From assembly GCA_046350795.1 (NCBI GenBank), contig JAXLZT010000001.1, positions 2,411 to 66,410 of the forward strand: a DNA stretch of 64,000 bases, read 5' to 3'. Positions 40,711-50,426 of this stretch are shown here, in pieces (position 1 is the stretch's first letter; each line of letters begins with the position of its first letter). The notes beneath the pieces were generated by a model. The model searched no databases. It saw nothing but the letters and a program-made list of their open reading frames with translations, and was not told the DNA's origin. The DNA comes from Minisyncoccota bacterium. GTDB taxonomy: Bacteria > Patescibacteriota > Minisyncoccia > Phycocordibacterales > CALRHW01. The position numbers and the translations under genes are program-made.

Positions 40711-40791
40711 ATCATGTTATTGCCAAAAAAATATCATTGTGATTATATTGTGGGTGAAAAGTACACGCACAACCAACCCAGGAGCAACGAA

Positions 40792-41718
40792 ATGCCCAGC
40801 AAAAGCACCAGTGCAACCAAGTCAGAAAACGGTCAAGAACAGACCGGACAAATGCTCACGGTGGATATCAATCGTATTCGTCCGTTCAAAGAACAGCCGA
40901 GAACGTACTTCGAATCGACAGGTATCACCAACCTATCGAAAAGCATCAGGAACAAGCAGCGCCTCCCGATTTCCGTCATGCGCATTGAGGATGATCCCAG
41001 GCATGACTTCGAAATCATTGACGGAGAGCGTCGATTTCGAGCCGCAAAGGAGGCCGGGGTCAACAGGATTCTCGTTTGGATCAAGACCATCAGAAGCAAA
41101 GATGAGCAGTTCATCGACTCTGTGGTCTCCAACTTCGGACGAGAAAACCACACGGTTTTGGAGAAGGTAAACGCCTTCACTCGACTGCGACAGTGGTACA
41201 GCGCAGAAGAGATCGCTGAGCTGTGTGGTTGTCACTTCACGACCGTCTACCAGTACTTGTCACTTTCGAAGTTGGTGCCGGAAGCGTTGAAGAGGCTCGA
41301 TCCGAGCCTGCCAGAAGATGAGATGCTCAACTTCTCCACAGCAGCAAGACTCGCAACCCTTGATCCAGAGATCCAGCTCGACGTGCTTGAGCAGATCAGT
41401 GGCAAGAAGATGCCACATCGAGAAGTTCGACATTTCGTCCGGGCAAGAGCGCACGAGTCTGGAAAGCTGTCCAGCAGCAAGACGAAACCTGACAAGTATC
41501 GTCACAGACACTGGAACATGTTCACAGGATTTGTGAACCGGAGCGTTCAGGAGGCGAAAAGCATTGCCGACATGCCTGACAGCATGTTCGTGGAGGCTGT
41601 CACATCACGAACGAGAGCAGAAATGGAGTATTTCGAGAAGGAGGCCAACGCCCTCATTCGTGAGATCGAGAAACTCAAGAACAAGGTGATGAGAGCCAAG
41701 AAAACATCCTCGAAGTAG
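40792..41718 (+). CDS. ParB-like protein (ParB/Srx N-domain with GERRFRAA CTP-binding box, HTH, C-terminal coiled coil), high-GC island
   Basis: IIDGERRFRAAKEAG; HTH (SAEEIAELCGCHFTTVYQYL); start set at MPSKS with AGGAG SD. Confidence 0.75.
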   Translation: MPSKSTSATKSENGQEQTGQMLTVDINRIRPFKEQPRTYFESTGITNLSKSIRNKQRLPISVMRIEDDPRHDFEIIDGERRFRAAKEAGVNRILVWIKTIRSKDEQFIDSVVSNFGRENHTVLEKVNAFTRLRQWYSAEEIAELCGCHFTTVYQYLSLSKLVPEALKRLDPSLPEDEMLNFSTAARLATLDPEIQLDVLEQISGKKMPHREVRHFVRARAHESGKLSSSKTKPDKYRHRHWNMFTGFVNRSVQEAKSIADMPDSMFVEAVTSRTRAEMEYFEKEANALIREIEKLKNKVMRAKKTSSK

Positions 41719-41756
41719 TGGCGACCCAGAGGATTAGAAATCAACCAAAGCCATTC

Positions 41757-41790
41757 GGGGCCCCGCAATCTGTCGCGGGCCCCTTTTAAT
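41757..41790. terminator. Bidirectional intrinsic terminator (GGGGCCCCGC...GCGGGCCCC)
   Basis: GC stem plus TTTTAATTTT. Confidence 0.65.
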
Positions 41791-41797
41791 TTTATAT

Positions 41798-42199
41798 TTA
41801 CCCTACCATCTGCGTACAATGAGCACATCTAGTCGCTTCGAGAGGAATTTCGCTCAAACACTCTTTGCATTTTTTTGTAGTCGGATCTGCTGGTGGAGCC
41901 TTGCGAGAACGAGATACGAGCATGTTCATTGGCTTTATAACAAAAAAGAAAATAGCACCTGCGACCAGAATAAAAGAAATAACTGCGTTTATAAGATGTC
42001 CGATCATAAACTGACTGCCATTTATGGTAAAAAACCAGCCAGAAAAATCTGGCACTTTTGCAATCGCTGAAATAAATGGCGTGAGCAGATCTGACACCAG
42101 AGCGTTGACCACCGTACCAAAAGACGCTCCGACCACGACTCCGACTGCCAAATCAATCACATTTCCTCTGAGTAAAAATTGTTTGAATTCTTTTAGCAT
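41798..42199 (-). CDS. mscL: Large-conductance mechanosensitive channel MscL with C-terminal 4-Cys zinc-ribbon-like tail
   Basis: NVIDLAVGVVVGASFGTVVNALVSDLLTPFI; C-terminus CKECLSEIPLEATRCAHC. Confidence 0.85.
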   Translation of the reverse strand: MLKEFKQFLLRGNVIDLAVGVVVGASFGTVVNALVSDLLTPFISAIAKVPDFSGWFFTINGSQFMIGHLINAVISFILVAGAIFFFVIKPMNMLVSRSRKAPPADPTTKKCKECLSEIPLEATRCAHCTQMVG

Positions 42200-42214
42200 A
42201 ATAATTAATTTAAA

Positions 42215-42676
42215 TTATTGGAATATAAAATTCCAAATTCTACTAAACAAACCCACTCGTTTTGTCTGCACTACTGGTTCAGTTTTTTGTTCCACTGGAG
42301 CTGTTTTTACTACTTCTGCCACGGGCTTTTGCACTGGCAAAGTTTTTTTCACCTCAGTTTTTACAGGAGTCATGTTTTTTACCGGAGCCACAATCGGCTC
42401 CACTATCGGTTGCACAGTGGTCTTCTGCTCGATAATTTTTGGCTCTATATATTTCTCTGGTTCATCATATGAAGCACACATGATCATTGATGAATACTGA
42501 ACACTACTATTTCTCCAGCCATCCTTACAAATAACACTACCATCACTATCTCGCCCAGACGCACAACTCACTCCCCCATGACCAGAACACGCTCCGCTCG
42601 TAGCGAAAGCCAAAGTGGGAGTGAGTAAAATAAATGCTAGTACAGTTAGCAATTTTTTCATATTAAGTTTTATCAA
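42215..42676 (-). CDS. Secreted hypothetical protein with Cys-rich N-domain and PV/KT-rich repeats
   Basis: Signal peptide; repeat-like low complexity. Confidence 0.45.
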   Translation of the reverse strand: MIKLNMKKLLTVLAFILLTPTLAFATSGACSGHGGVSCASGRDSDGSVICKDGWRNSSVQYSSMIMCASYDEPEKYIEPKIIEQKTTVQPIVEPIVAPVKNMTPVKTEVKKTLPVQKPVAEVVKTAPVEQKTEPVVQTKRVGLFSRIWNFIFQ

Positions 42677-42820
42677 AATAATTTAAATAAAAATATATTT
42701 GTGGCCCACAAATCTTTGATACTTCAACCAAAGATTCTTTAGGGGGTGAAAACTTCTCCTGCTGGGACCATATCTATCTTATTATCTTTAATATTTTAAT
42801 AGTAAGACAGAATTCAAAAA

Positions 42821-43015
42821 CTATTTATCCTTAGACACAACCACTAAACCATCTTGTGTCAGAGCCCACACAAGAGATATAACCCAACCAACAACAGTAA
42901 AACCTAGAAAAAAATTCAAAGCAAATATTGCGCCTTTATTTCTTTTGCGCTTATTGAAAGCAATAATACTTGGTAAAAAATAAAATAGTATTAATAATAT
43001 GATAAAAATCAACAT
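42821..43015 (-). CDS. Small membrane protein (64 aa, 2 TM)
   Basis: Hydrophobic ORF. Confidence 0.35.
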   Translation of the reverse strand: MLIFIILLILFYFLPSIIAFNKRKRNKGAIFALNFFLGFTVVGWVISLVWALTQDGLVVVSKDK

Positions 43016-43178
43016 GTAATATATTGTATTATAAGAATAACATGAATGAAAGTGCTGGTCGTATCAAACTAGAACCGTAGTCGGTCAAGCTCGGTAAAGT
43101 TATTTTAGCATCTTTTCGTTTTTCAAATCGATGTATCTTGAGCATATAGAAAAACCGTGCTTATATTAGTTCATATTT

Positions 43179-43919
43179 ATGGAATACAGGAAATGGAAAG
43201 ATAACAACATCATCGTCTGCCTGACAAAAAAAGAGATTGGTATATTCCTGAAGCAAGCAAAATGGGAACTAATAGAGAAGATTATGGTGGAGAAGAGGTG
43301 GAGTCTAGCTGATGTAATGGCGGATCAGAAAAAGGTACTGGAAGTTGTCCAGCCAGTTTCTGAGTCTCTTGCTGAAGACAAGGATGAGGTAGAAATATTT
43401 GTCGCCTTCGACTCGATTGTAGATTTCTACAAATCCGACAGTCTAATATGCTTTCCATTGCGGGCAAACTTCAATACAAGTCGAGATACAATAAATAGTT
43501 TTTCAGAACTAAAGAATTCAATCGAGGAAGCAAGTCCTGATGACATTATTATCTTTGATGGTGTCAACTATCGATCCTTTCAAATGAAACGATACCGAGG
43601 AAAGCTTGAGACTCAGGATATCGGTAAATATATTGTCAATAAGATTGAAGGGTACGGCAACCTAGGCGACCGAAATTTGCTCGTCATTCCACAATCTGAT
43701 CTTCCATTCAATATTGATTTTCATGAGCTGCACGATTTCCTAAAGAACGAGAAGCCACCGATTACCGGACAGGTTCTTGTTGGATTCAACGCCAACAACA
43801 AAGAATTCTTACTTAATCAAGTGTACCCAGACCTGAATACTAGTTCTATCCCCATAAGAGAGTCTGCACAAAAACTATCTAAAGTCTGGAGGAAAATGAA
43901 AAACAATAACGATCAGTAG
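43179..43919 (+). CDS. Hypothetical protein (246 aa), upstream partner of the DUF4238 gene
   Basis: Stop at 43917-43919 followed 2 nt later by the DUF4238 start (operon); GC elevated relative to flanks. Confidence 0.55.
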   Translation: MEYRKWKDNNIIVCLTKKEIGIFLKQAKWELIEKIMVEKRWSLADVMADQKKVLEVVQPVSESLAEDKDEVEIFVAFDSIVDFYKSDSLICFPLRANFNTSRDTINSFSELKNSIEEASPDDIIIFDGVNYRSFQMKRYRGKLETQDIGKYIVNKIEGYGNLGDRNLLVIPQSDLPFNIDFHELHDFLKNEKPPITGQVLVGFNANNKEFLLNQVYPDLNTSSIPIRESAQKLSKVWRKMKNNNDQ

Positions 43920-43921
43920 AT

Positions 43922-44821
43922 ATGCAAAAGCGACACCACACAGTACCTCGTTGCTATCTTGAGCAGTTCATTGATACGAACGGTGATATTTGGAGTCTAG
44001 ATACAAGCAATAAAATATTTAATACTAAACCGAACAACATTCTCGTCGAAAGCCACTTCTACCGGATAACGCTAAAGGACGGGAGTAAAAGTGTGGTTGT
44101 TGAAAATACACTTGCCGACATTGAGGGCAGATACGCCGAAATATTCAGGAATAAACTTTCTCAAGACAAGTTCCTTACATCTGAGGAACGTGCGTATGCG
44201 TCTGTGTTCTTGGCATCTTTACTGCATCGAACTAGACCAAATAGAGAGGGTCTGAGAGGTATGCTCTCTAGCCTCAAGAAATCGGCTGAAGAATGGAGGG
44301 AGCAACTAAAATGGCTTTCACCGGAACAAAAGCGTATCATAAGTGCAACCCCCTCTACTGGAGAGTCCATAAATATTGAGGATCTGGAGAAAGGACTGGA
44401 GAACTGGGATGAGCATCATTCTGCAAGCTTGATTGACCACATTACACACACAGCACAAGTACTTTTCAATATGAATTGGTCAGTCTGGAAGTATCCGTCT
44501 GGTCAAGGAAGCTTCCTAACTTCTGACGACCCGTTCGTGATGAGGCGTCCTGCAGCAGAATTGAAATACGGGAAAAATGCTATCGGTAGCCAAGCGGGTC
44601 TTCTTTTTAAAGATGTAGAGATAACCATTCCCCTTTCCAAAGAGCGCCTTCTCCTAGCCGGTTGGATACTAGAACGCGATAGCTATATCGAAGCTACAGC
44701 TGACACAGCAGAAGCAATGAACCAGCGGACAATTTTGGCTTCGTCAAAACACGTTATCGCTTGCAATAAGAAGCAGTTGGAAGAAGTCATAAAAAAGTAT
44801 CCTCCTCTCCCCAAGCCATAA
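43922..44821 (+). CDS. DUF4238 domain protein (anti-phage-associated family)
   Basis: N-terminus MQKRHHTVPRCYLEQF matches the DUF4238 signature (HH-VP--YL--F). Confidence 0.7.
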   Translation: MQKRHHTVPRCYLEQFIDTNGDIWSLDTSNKIFNTKPNNILVESHFYRITLKDGSKSVVVENTLADIEGRYAEIFRNKLSQDKFLTSEERAYASVFLASLLHRTRPNREGLRGMLSSLKKSAEEWREQLKWLSPEQKRIISATPSTGESINIEDLEKGLENWDEHHSASLIDHITHTAQVLFNMNWSVWKYPSGQGSFLTSDDPFVMRRPAAELKYGKNAIGSQAGLLFKDVEITIPLSKERLLLAGWILERDSYIEATADTAEAMNQRTILASSKHVIACNKKQLEEVIKKYPPLPKP

Positions 44822-44871
44822 CAATCCTGAAATAAAACGCCTCTCGAGTGCGATAACCCATCTCAACCTAG

Positions 44872-44942
44872 CTGCCGATCAGGGACTCGAACCCCAATTA
44901 ACCGCTCCAGAGGCGGTCGTCCTACCATTAGACGAATCGGCA
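44872..44942 (-). tRNA. tRNA-Gln (anticodon CTG)
   Basis: TGCCGAT acceptor, ACCGC-CTCTGGA-GCGGT anticodon arm, GGGGTTCGAGTCCC T-arm. Confidence 0.8.
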
Positions 44943-44995
44943 ATATTATCCCTACGATACTGGAAAAAGACACTATTTTCAACTATAATAATGGA

Positions 44996-46546
44996 ATGTC
45001 ATCAGAACCAATGAAAAATCTAGCTACAAAGCTAGCCACAATACAGACACAGACACTTTCTTCCGACAAAAGCAAACAAATATTCGAAGTTAACAATCTC
45101 ATAGGTAAAGCGGCCACTTTTTACGAAAAAGTGCGATACCTTGTCGACTACAAAGAAGAGCACACTATTAGACGCAATGCATTGGAGCGCATCCTCAAGA
45201 GAAAGATGGTCATCGAGGGTCGCAACGTCACAGGAGTCTCTATCCTCCAAGAGCTTGCTAGTGGACAATACATTCCTGAAGAAGTAGTAACAGAAGAGCT
45301 GGGCCAAAAGCTAAATAGCATTCTTTTAAAATTCCTGAGGCTCGAAGAGCTGTCCGGCGAGACCGGTGTCGTAGCAAAAAGACTACTTAGCTTTACTGCT
45401 TCAGAGATAGACTACACACTGAGTCACTATCATCATGTCACCGACCATGCCATCATCGATACTTTCTATGAAATGATGCGTAAAAATGTGTCCATGTCTG
45501 GCGTGATGGAGCGAGAGCTGGACAATGCTCTCTACTGCGCATGCCACCGAGCTCTCGTGCGTGCTGATGATGAAGGTCTAGCATATGCTCTATGGCTAAA
45601 GTATGTTCCAGAATGGCACACTATTACTGATGACGGACTTGCTGATCTAGCAAAGCAACTAAAACAAACTATTTCTGCTATAGATGCTTCTGTAAAAAAT
45701 CCTCTACAATGGCGACTCGTACAAAAACTAAAAAACGAAACGATTTATTTTTTGATCGTACGCGAGCTAGTCCAACAATATGGACCAGAATCTAGCCGAA
45801 TACTCGAGACTCCGGGTGAAATGGAAATATTTACACAGTCTTTACTTGAGAAAAAATACAAAAAAGAAAATGAACGTATACGAAAGAGTGGTATTCGCGC
45901 CGTTATTTATCTTTTCTTTACCAAGGCAATATTTGCTCTAGGACTAGAACTACCATATGAATACCTCGTGCTTAGCACAATGAACTACGTGCCTATTTTA
46001 GTAAACTTACTCTTCCCCCCTATCCTTCTTTTTATCGCTACACGCGGAGTGGGATCATTCAACAAAAACAATACAAAAGCAGTACTCACTGGCATGAGAG
46101 AGATGTTTTATGATGGCAAGATAGCAAAGATTAAAATAAAATCACACAGTACTGTCATTGCTTTCATATTTACTCTCGTATATCTAGTCTTTGCTGGTGC
46201 TGTATTTGGCGCGATGGTCTCTGTACTTCATTTCTTCCATTTCAATGTCGTTAGTATAGCCATTTTCCTTTTCTTCTTGGCGCTCGTAAGCTACTTTGCT
46301 TTCCGCATCAGATACAATGCAAAGAGATGGAAAACCACTCAAAAAGAAAATATTATTACACTCATCACCAGCTTGCTTACCGTGCCAGTCATTCGTACAG
46401 GACGATGGCTGAGCCAGTCTTTCTCTAGTATCAATGTGTTTGTCATCATCATGGACTTCATCATTGAAACTCCATTCAAGCTACTGCTCGATTTTTCAAA
46501 TCAATTTATCACTTATTTAAAAGAAAAGACTCCGGAGATTTATTAA
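44996..46546 (+). CDS. Hypothetical membrane protein (516 aa; soluble N-terminal ~300 aa plus 4-5 C-terminal TM)
   Basis: ORF with TM segments. Confidence 0.5.
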   Translation: MSSEPMKNLATKLATIQTQTLSSDKSKQIFEVNNLIGKAATFYEKVRYLVDYKEEHTIRRNALERILKRKMVIEGRNVTGVSILQELASGQYIPEEVVTEELGQKLNSILLKFLRLEELSGETGVVAKRLLSFTASEIDYTLSHYHHVTDHAIIDTFYEMMRKNVSMSGVMERELDNALYCACHRALVRADDEGLAYALWLKYVPEWHTITDDGLADLAKQLKQTISAIDASVKNPLQWRLVQKLKNETIYFLIVRELVQQYGPESSRILETPGEMEIFTQSLLEKKYKKENERIRKSGIRAVIYLFFTKAIFALGLELPYEYLVLSTMNYVPILVNLLFPPILLFIATRGVGSFNKNNTKAVLTGMREMFYDGKIAKIKIKSHSTVIAFIFTLVYLVFAGAVFGAMVSVLHFFHFNVVSIAIFLFFLALVSYFAFRIRYNAKRWKTTQKENIITLITSLLTVPVIRTGRWLSQSFSSINVFVIIMDFIIETPFKLLLDFSNQFITYLKEKTPEIY

Positions 46547-46627
46547 TCAATATAAAGAAAAGCCACCGGGTTAGGGTGGCAGAGGGGTGTCGTGAGTGGT
46601 GAGAAAAGATGACGGTCGATGGCAGGA

Positions 46628-46825
46628 TCAGAGTGGCTGACCAAACCGGTCAAGGGCCAGACAGCCACTGCAATCCTTCCAAAACCCCTGACGCTTGTCG
46701 TAGTGCAGACCGTGTGCCCTCCCAGCATCCCGGTTTTGCGGATTGCTCGGGAGCAAGTCGCTGTCAAACTGAGGCTTGGCGGGCTCAGTCACCTTTTGCG
46801 ACGACAACTCCGCTTTCTTTTCTGA
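46628..46825 (-). CDS. Small hypothetical protein (~66 aa), high-GC islet
   Basis: CAGGAG SD 8 nt upstream of MSEKK; hairpin terminator at 46572-46588 (CCACC-gggttag-GGTGG) plus T-tract. Confidence 0.4.
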   Translation of the reverse strand, partial: SEKKAELSSQKVTEPAKPQFDSDLLPSNPQNRDAGRAHGLHYDKRQGFWKDCSGCLALDRFGQPL

Positions 46826-46878
46826 CATGTGTGTCTCCTGTTTCGTGGTGTGCAAACCCAGAGTAATGTATCACGGTT

Positions 46879-48564
46879 TTAAGGTTTCTTCCAGTCTTTT
46901 AAAGATGCTTTTACAAAAGCAGTAAAAAGAGGATGTGGATCTAGGGGTCGCGCCTGAAACTCTGGATGAAACTGTGTGGCAACGAAAAACGGATGATCTT
47001 TGCGCGGTAGCTCTATGATTTCCATGAGCTTGCGACTAGGCGACACCCCAGAAAATACAAGTCCCGCTTTTTTTAATTTTTCTACATAATCTGGATTGAC
47101 CTCATATCGATGTCGATGTCGTTCAGAAATATTTCCTGAATCATATGCCTCACGCGCAATACTTCCCTTTTCTAGTCTAGCTGGATATGCACCAAGTCGC
47201 ATTGTGCCACCATAATTATTTTCCATCATATTTCTCTCCTGCTCTGGCATGATGTAAATCACCGGATACTCTGTCTTTGGATTGACTTCTGTGGTATGCG
47301 CACCAGACAATCCAGCCATGTTGCGCGCATATTCTATGACGGCGAGTTGCATACCATAGCAAATACCAAAAAACGGAATCTTATTTTTTCGCACATATTC
47401 TATTACTTTTATTTTCCCTTCGACAGCAGTCTTGCCAAATCCACCCGGTACGAGCACGCCATCATATTTATCCAGCTCGCTTAAATCTTTTTTACCAGAC
47501 TCAAAATCTCCAGCGTTTAAGTAGTGAAGCTTTGGCTTTACACCAAGCCTGTATGCAGAAAATTTTATAGCGTGGATGATAGAGATATATGCATCTGAAA
47601 GAGAAAACTCACCTGAATCAAAATATTTTCCCACTATCGCTATGTTGACCTCGCCATTTCCATTTTTTACATGTTTGATTAATTTTTTCCATTCGGTCAA
47701 ATCGCCCACGCGATTTTTTGGCCTCAAAGAAAGTGTCTCGCAGAGAATGTTACTTAGATTATCACGTTCAAAATTGACTGGCACATCATATATACTTTCT
47801 ACATCGGGGGCAGATATAACATTTTTTGTGTGAATATTACAAAAGAGGGCGATTTTTTCTTTTCTTTTATTATCCAAAGGCACCTCGCTACGCGCAATGA
47901 TGACATCAGCCTGTACGCCCACACTATTTAGTGAGCGAGAAGCGTATTGCGTTGGCTTAGTTTTCATTTCTCCTATTTTGCTTGGCATAGGCAGATAAGA
48001 CACCATAACAAAAGCCACATCGCTTGGATATTTTGAACGCATCATACGAGCGGCCTCGAGAAAAAGTACGTTTTGATACTCACCTATCGTGCCACCTATC
48101 TCTATGACAGTCACGTCAGCATCTGCATTTTTTGCAGCTTTTTCTATACGACGAATCACCTCCAAAGGCACATCTGGCACCACCTCCACAGTCTTGCCTT
48201 TGTATTCTAGATTGCGCTCTTTGCGTATTACCTCCTGATACACGCGACCAGTCGTCATATAGTTGATACGAGTCAGATCAATATTTAGAAAACGCTCATA
48301 GTTGCCCATATCTTGATCTGTTTCATCTCCATCTTTTAGTACAAAAACTTCACCGTGCTCAGTTGGATTCATGGTGCCTGCATCTACGTTGATATATGGA
48401 TCGATTTTTAAAGCAGTAACACTAAAACCACGAGCTTTTAAAATAAGAGCGATAGAAGAAGCAGCGACACCCTTGCCCACACCAGACATTACTCCACCGG
48501 TGACGAAAATATATTTCCTGATTTTCCGAGTACTCCGTTTTTTCTGTGATTTCCGTTTTTTCAT
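46879..48564 (-). CDS. pyrG: CTP synthase
   Basis: Synthetase domain plus glutamine amidotransferase (GICYGMQ). Confidence 0.9.
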   Translation of the reverse strand: MKKRKSQKKRSTRKIRKYIFVTGGVMSGVGKGVAASSIALILKARGFSVTALKIDPYINVDAGTMNPTEHGEVFVLKDGDETDQDMGNYERFLNIDLTRINYMTTGRVYQEVIRKERNLEYKGKTVEVVPDVPLEVIRRIEKAAKNADADVTVIEIGGTIGEYQNVLFLEAARMMRSKYPSDVAFVMVSYLPMPSKIGEMKTKPTQYASRSLNSVGVQADVIIARSEVPLDNKRKEKIALFCNIHTKNVISAPDVESIYDVPVNFERDNLSNILCETLSLRPKNRVGDLTEWKKLIKHVKNGNGEVNIAIVGKYFDSGEFSLSDAYISIIHAIKFSAYRLGVKPKLHYLNAGDFESGKKDLSELDKYDGVLVPGGFGKTAVEGKIKVIEYVRKNKIPFFGICYGMQLAVIEYARNMAGLSGAHTTEVNPKTEYPVIYIMPEQERNMMENNYGGTMRLGAYPARLEKGSIAREAYDSGNISERHRHRYEVNPDYVEKLKKAGLVFSGVSPSRKLMEIIELPRKDHPFFVATQFHPEFQARPLDPHPLFTAFVKASLKDWKKP

Positions 48565-48599
48565 TGGCGGTAAATTTATTATATTTTGGTAATTTTATT

Positions 48600-49526
48600 T
48601 TATACTTTCAGATATCTTTTAACTGCCATGTAGCTAGATACTGCGCCCACAAACACTCCAGAACCTACAACAACCAAAAAGATTTCGCCAAAATTTGATA
48701 CATAATATTCAAAGACATTTATACCCACAAAAAAGCTTTCGGTCATAGAGCCGAGCCATAGAGTAATAGGATAAAAGATACCCAGAGTAAGTAGTCCAGC
48801 AATAACACCGTACATAATACCAGCGACCACAAACGGCCCGCGTATGTATATAGCACTAGCACCCACTAAACGCATGACAGATATTTCCTCGCGAGAGATA
48901 AATATGACGAGACGTATAGTATTAAAAGTAATAAGTATAGAAATAATCACCAAAATAATAGTAGCCAAAAATCCAAGTCTGTCTGCTGAGTCTATGATCT
49001 GTGTGAGCTTATTTATCGCGTCTTTATTTTTTGCATAGTTTATATTATCGACTATCACTTTTCCGTTTTGTGAAAGAATATTTTCACCTTGTAAAAAGTT
49101 TGCGATGCCTTCGTATTGCTGAGGCTCTTTTGCTTTTATGTTTAGTTTTGCACCAAGAGGATTTTCTCCGAGCTCATCGAGAGCTTGCAGAGTAAACTGA
49201 TCATTTTCATGTCGCTTGCGAAAATTGGCCAACTCCTCTTCTCTTGAAACATACTCCACATTTTTTACTTCTGGCAATTTCTCTACAGAACTCTTTATAG
49301 CTAAAATATCACTTTCTTCTGCTGTCGTAACAAAATACACATTCACATCTACTTTGTTGCGTATAGCCTCTAGACTAGAATCTAAAATTGCACCAAAAAA
49401 AATAACAGAGCCAATGACAGATAGCGTCACCACCATCACTAATACAGATGAAAGTGACACAAAGCCATTGCGGAAAAAACCAAAAAAACCAGACTTTATT
49501 ATTCTTTTTATATTAGTTTTGAGCAT
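48600..49526 (-). CDS. ftsX: Cell division permease FtsX
   Basis: 4 TM with periplasmic loop; adjacent to ftsE. Confidence 0.8.
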   Translation of the reverse strand: MLKTNIKRIIKSGFFGFFRNGFVSLSSVLVMVVTLSVIGSVIFFGAILDSSLEAIRNKVDVNVYFVTTAEESDILAIKSSVEKLPEVKNVEYVSREEELANFRKRHENDQFTLQALDELGENPLGAKLNIKAKEPQQYEGIANFLQGENILSQNGKVIVDNINYAKNKDAINKLTQIIDSADRLGFLATIILVIISILITFNTIRLVIFISREEISVMRLVGASAIYIRGPFVVAGIMYGVIAGLLTLGIFYPITLWLGSMTESFFVGINVFEYYVSNFGEIFLVVVGSGVFVGAVSSYMAVKRYLKV

Positions 49527-49528
49527 AC

Positions 49529-50209
49529 TTAAATCACATATTTACCCTCTTTATCATCACGTATGATTCTACCATTTTCCATGGTAATCACGCGCTTGCC
49601 AAGCGAGTCTATAACACCCTTATTGTGTGTAGTCAAAATCACCATAGTACCGAGATCATTTATCTTTTTTAAAATCTGCACTATTTCATATGTGTTGACT
49701 GGATCTAGATTTCCCGTCGGCTCGTCGGCAATGATAATGTCTGGCTGATTGACAATAGCACGAGCTATAGCGACTCTTTGCTTTTCTCCCCCAGAAAGCT
49801 CGTGTGGGAAGCTCCAAATCTTGTGGCCCAGATCTACAAGAGCGAGCACGTGGGGCACATCAGCCTGTATTTCCTCATCTGTCCTACCCGCCGCCTCCAT
49901 AGCAAAAGCAATATTTTCAAAAACAGTCTTATGTGGCAAAAGTCTAAAATCCTGGAAAACCATTCCTATCTTTCGGCGAAAATTGTTGATCTCTTTTGGT
50001 TTCAAAGCATGCACATCTGCTGACTCGATAAACACACGGCCAGAAGTCGGCTTGTCTTCTGCGAGAAGCATTTTTAGTAAAGTTGTCTTCCCTGATCCAG
50101 AATGACCAACTATAGAAACAAACTCTTGAGGCTCAATAGAAAAAGTGACATTTTCAAGTGCGACAGAGTTGTCAGCATATACTTTTGAAACTTTATCAAA
50201 ATAAATCAT
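49529..50209 (-). CDS. ftsE: Cell division ATP-binding protein FtsE
   Basis: Walker A GHSGSGKTT, ABC signature LSGGEKQRVAIARA. Confidence 0.9.
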   Translation of the reverse strand: MIYFDKVSKVYADNSVALENVTFSIEPQEFVSIVGHSGSGKTTLLKMLLAEDKPTSGRVFIESADVHALKPKEINNFRRKIGMVFQDFRLLPHKTVFENIAFAMEAAGRTDEEIQADVPHVLALVDLGHKIWSFPHELSGGEKQRVAIARAIVNQPDIIIADEPTGNLDPVNTYEIVQILKKINDLGTMVILTTHNKGVIDSLGKRVITMENGRIIRDDKEGKYVI

Positions 50210-50312
50210 GGTTTTGGTAGCATTTTCTGGTTAATTGTAGCATGAAAATTGGGTTGTAAAAAATAAGACCGCCCATTGACAGTACGGGGTTATTTATATA
50301 TTTTCTTACATA

Positions 50313-50420
50313 GAAACCGAGGCGTTGTGTCTCGGTTCAATTGTGTTCACAAGTGGTACTTGTGAACATTTACAGGGTTGCATCAGGTTGTTGCAACCAC
50401 AGTGTGGCTGTGCCACAGAG
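50313..50420 (+). promoter_or_regulatory. Cluster of four consecutive palindromes/hairpins upstream of a high-GC gene (candidate operator array or structured leader)
   Basis: AACCGAG-GCGTTGTGT-CTCGGTT (50315-50337); GTTCACAAGT-GGT-ACTTGTGAAC perfect 23-bp palindrome (50345-50367); GTTGCA-N9-TGCAAC (50377-50397); CCACAGTGTGG / GTGGC-TGT-GCCAC (50397-50416). Confidence 0.5.
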
Positions 50421-50426
50421 GAAAAA

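Noticed and set aside
40678-40791. Upstream start (MGRHESGG...) for the ParB-like gene
   Set aside because: Those codons lie within the sigma-gene terminator hairpin. The ATG at 40792 has a strong AGGAG SD.
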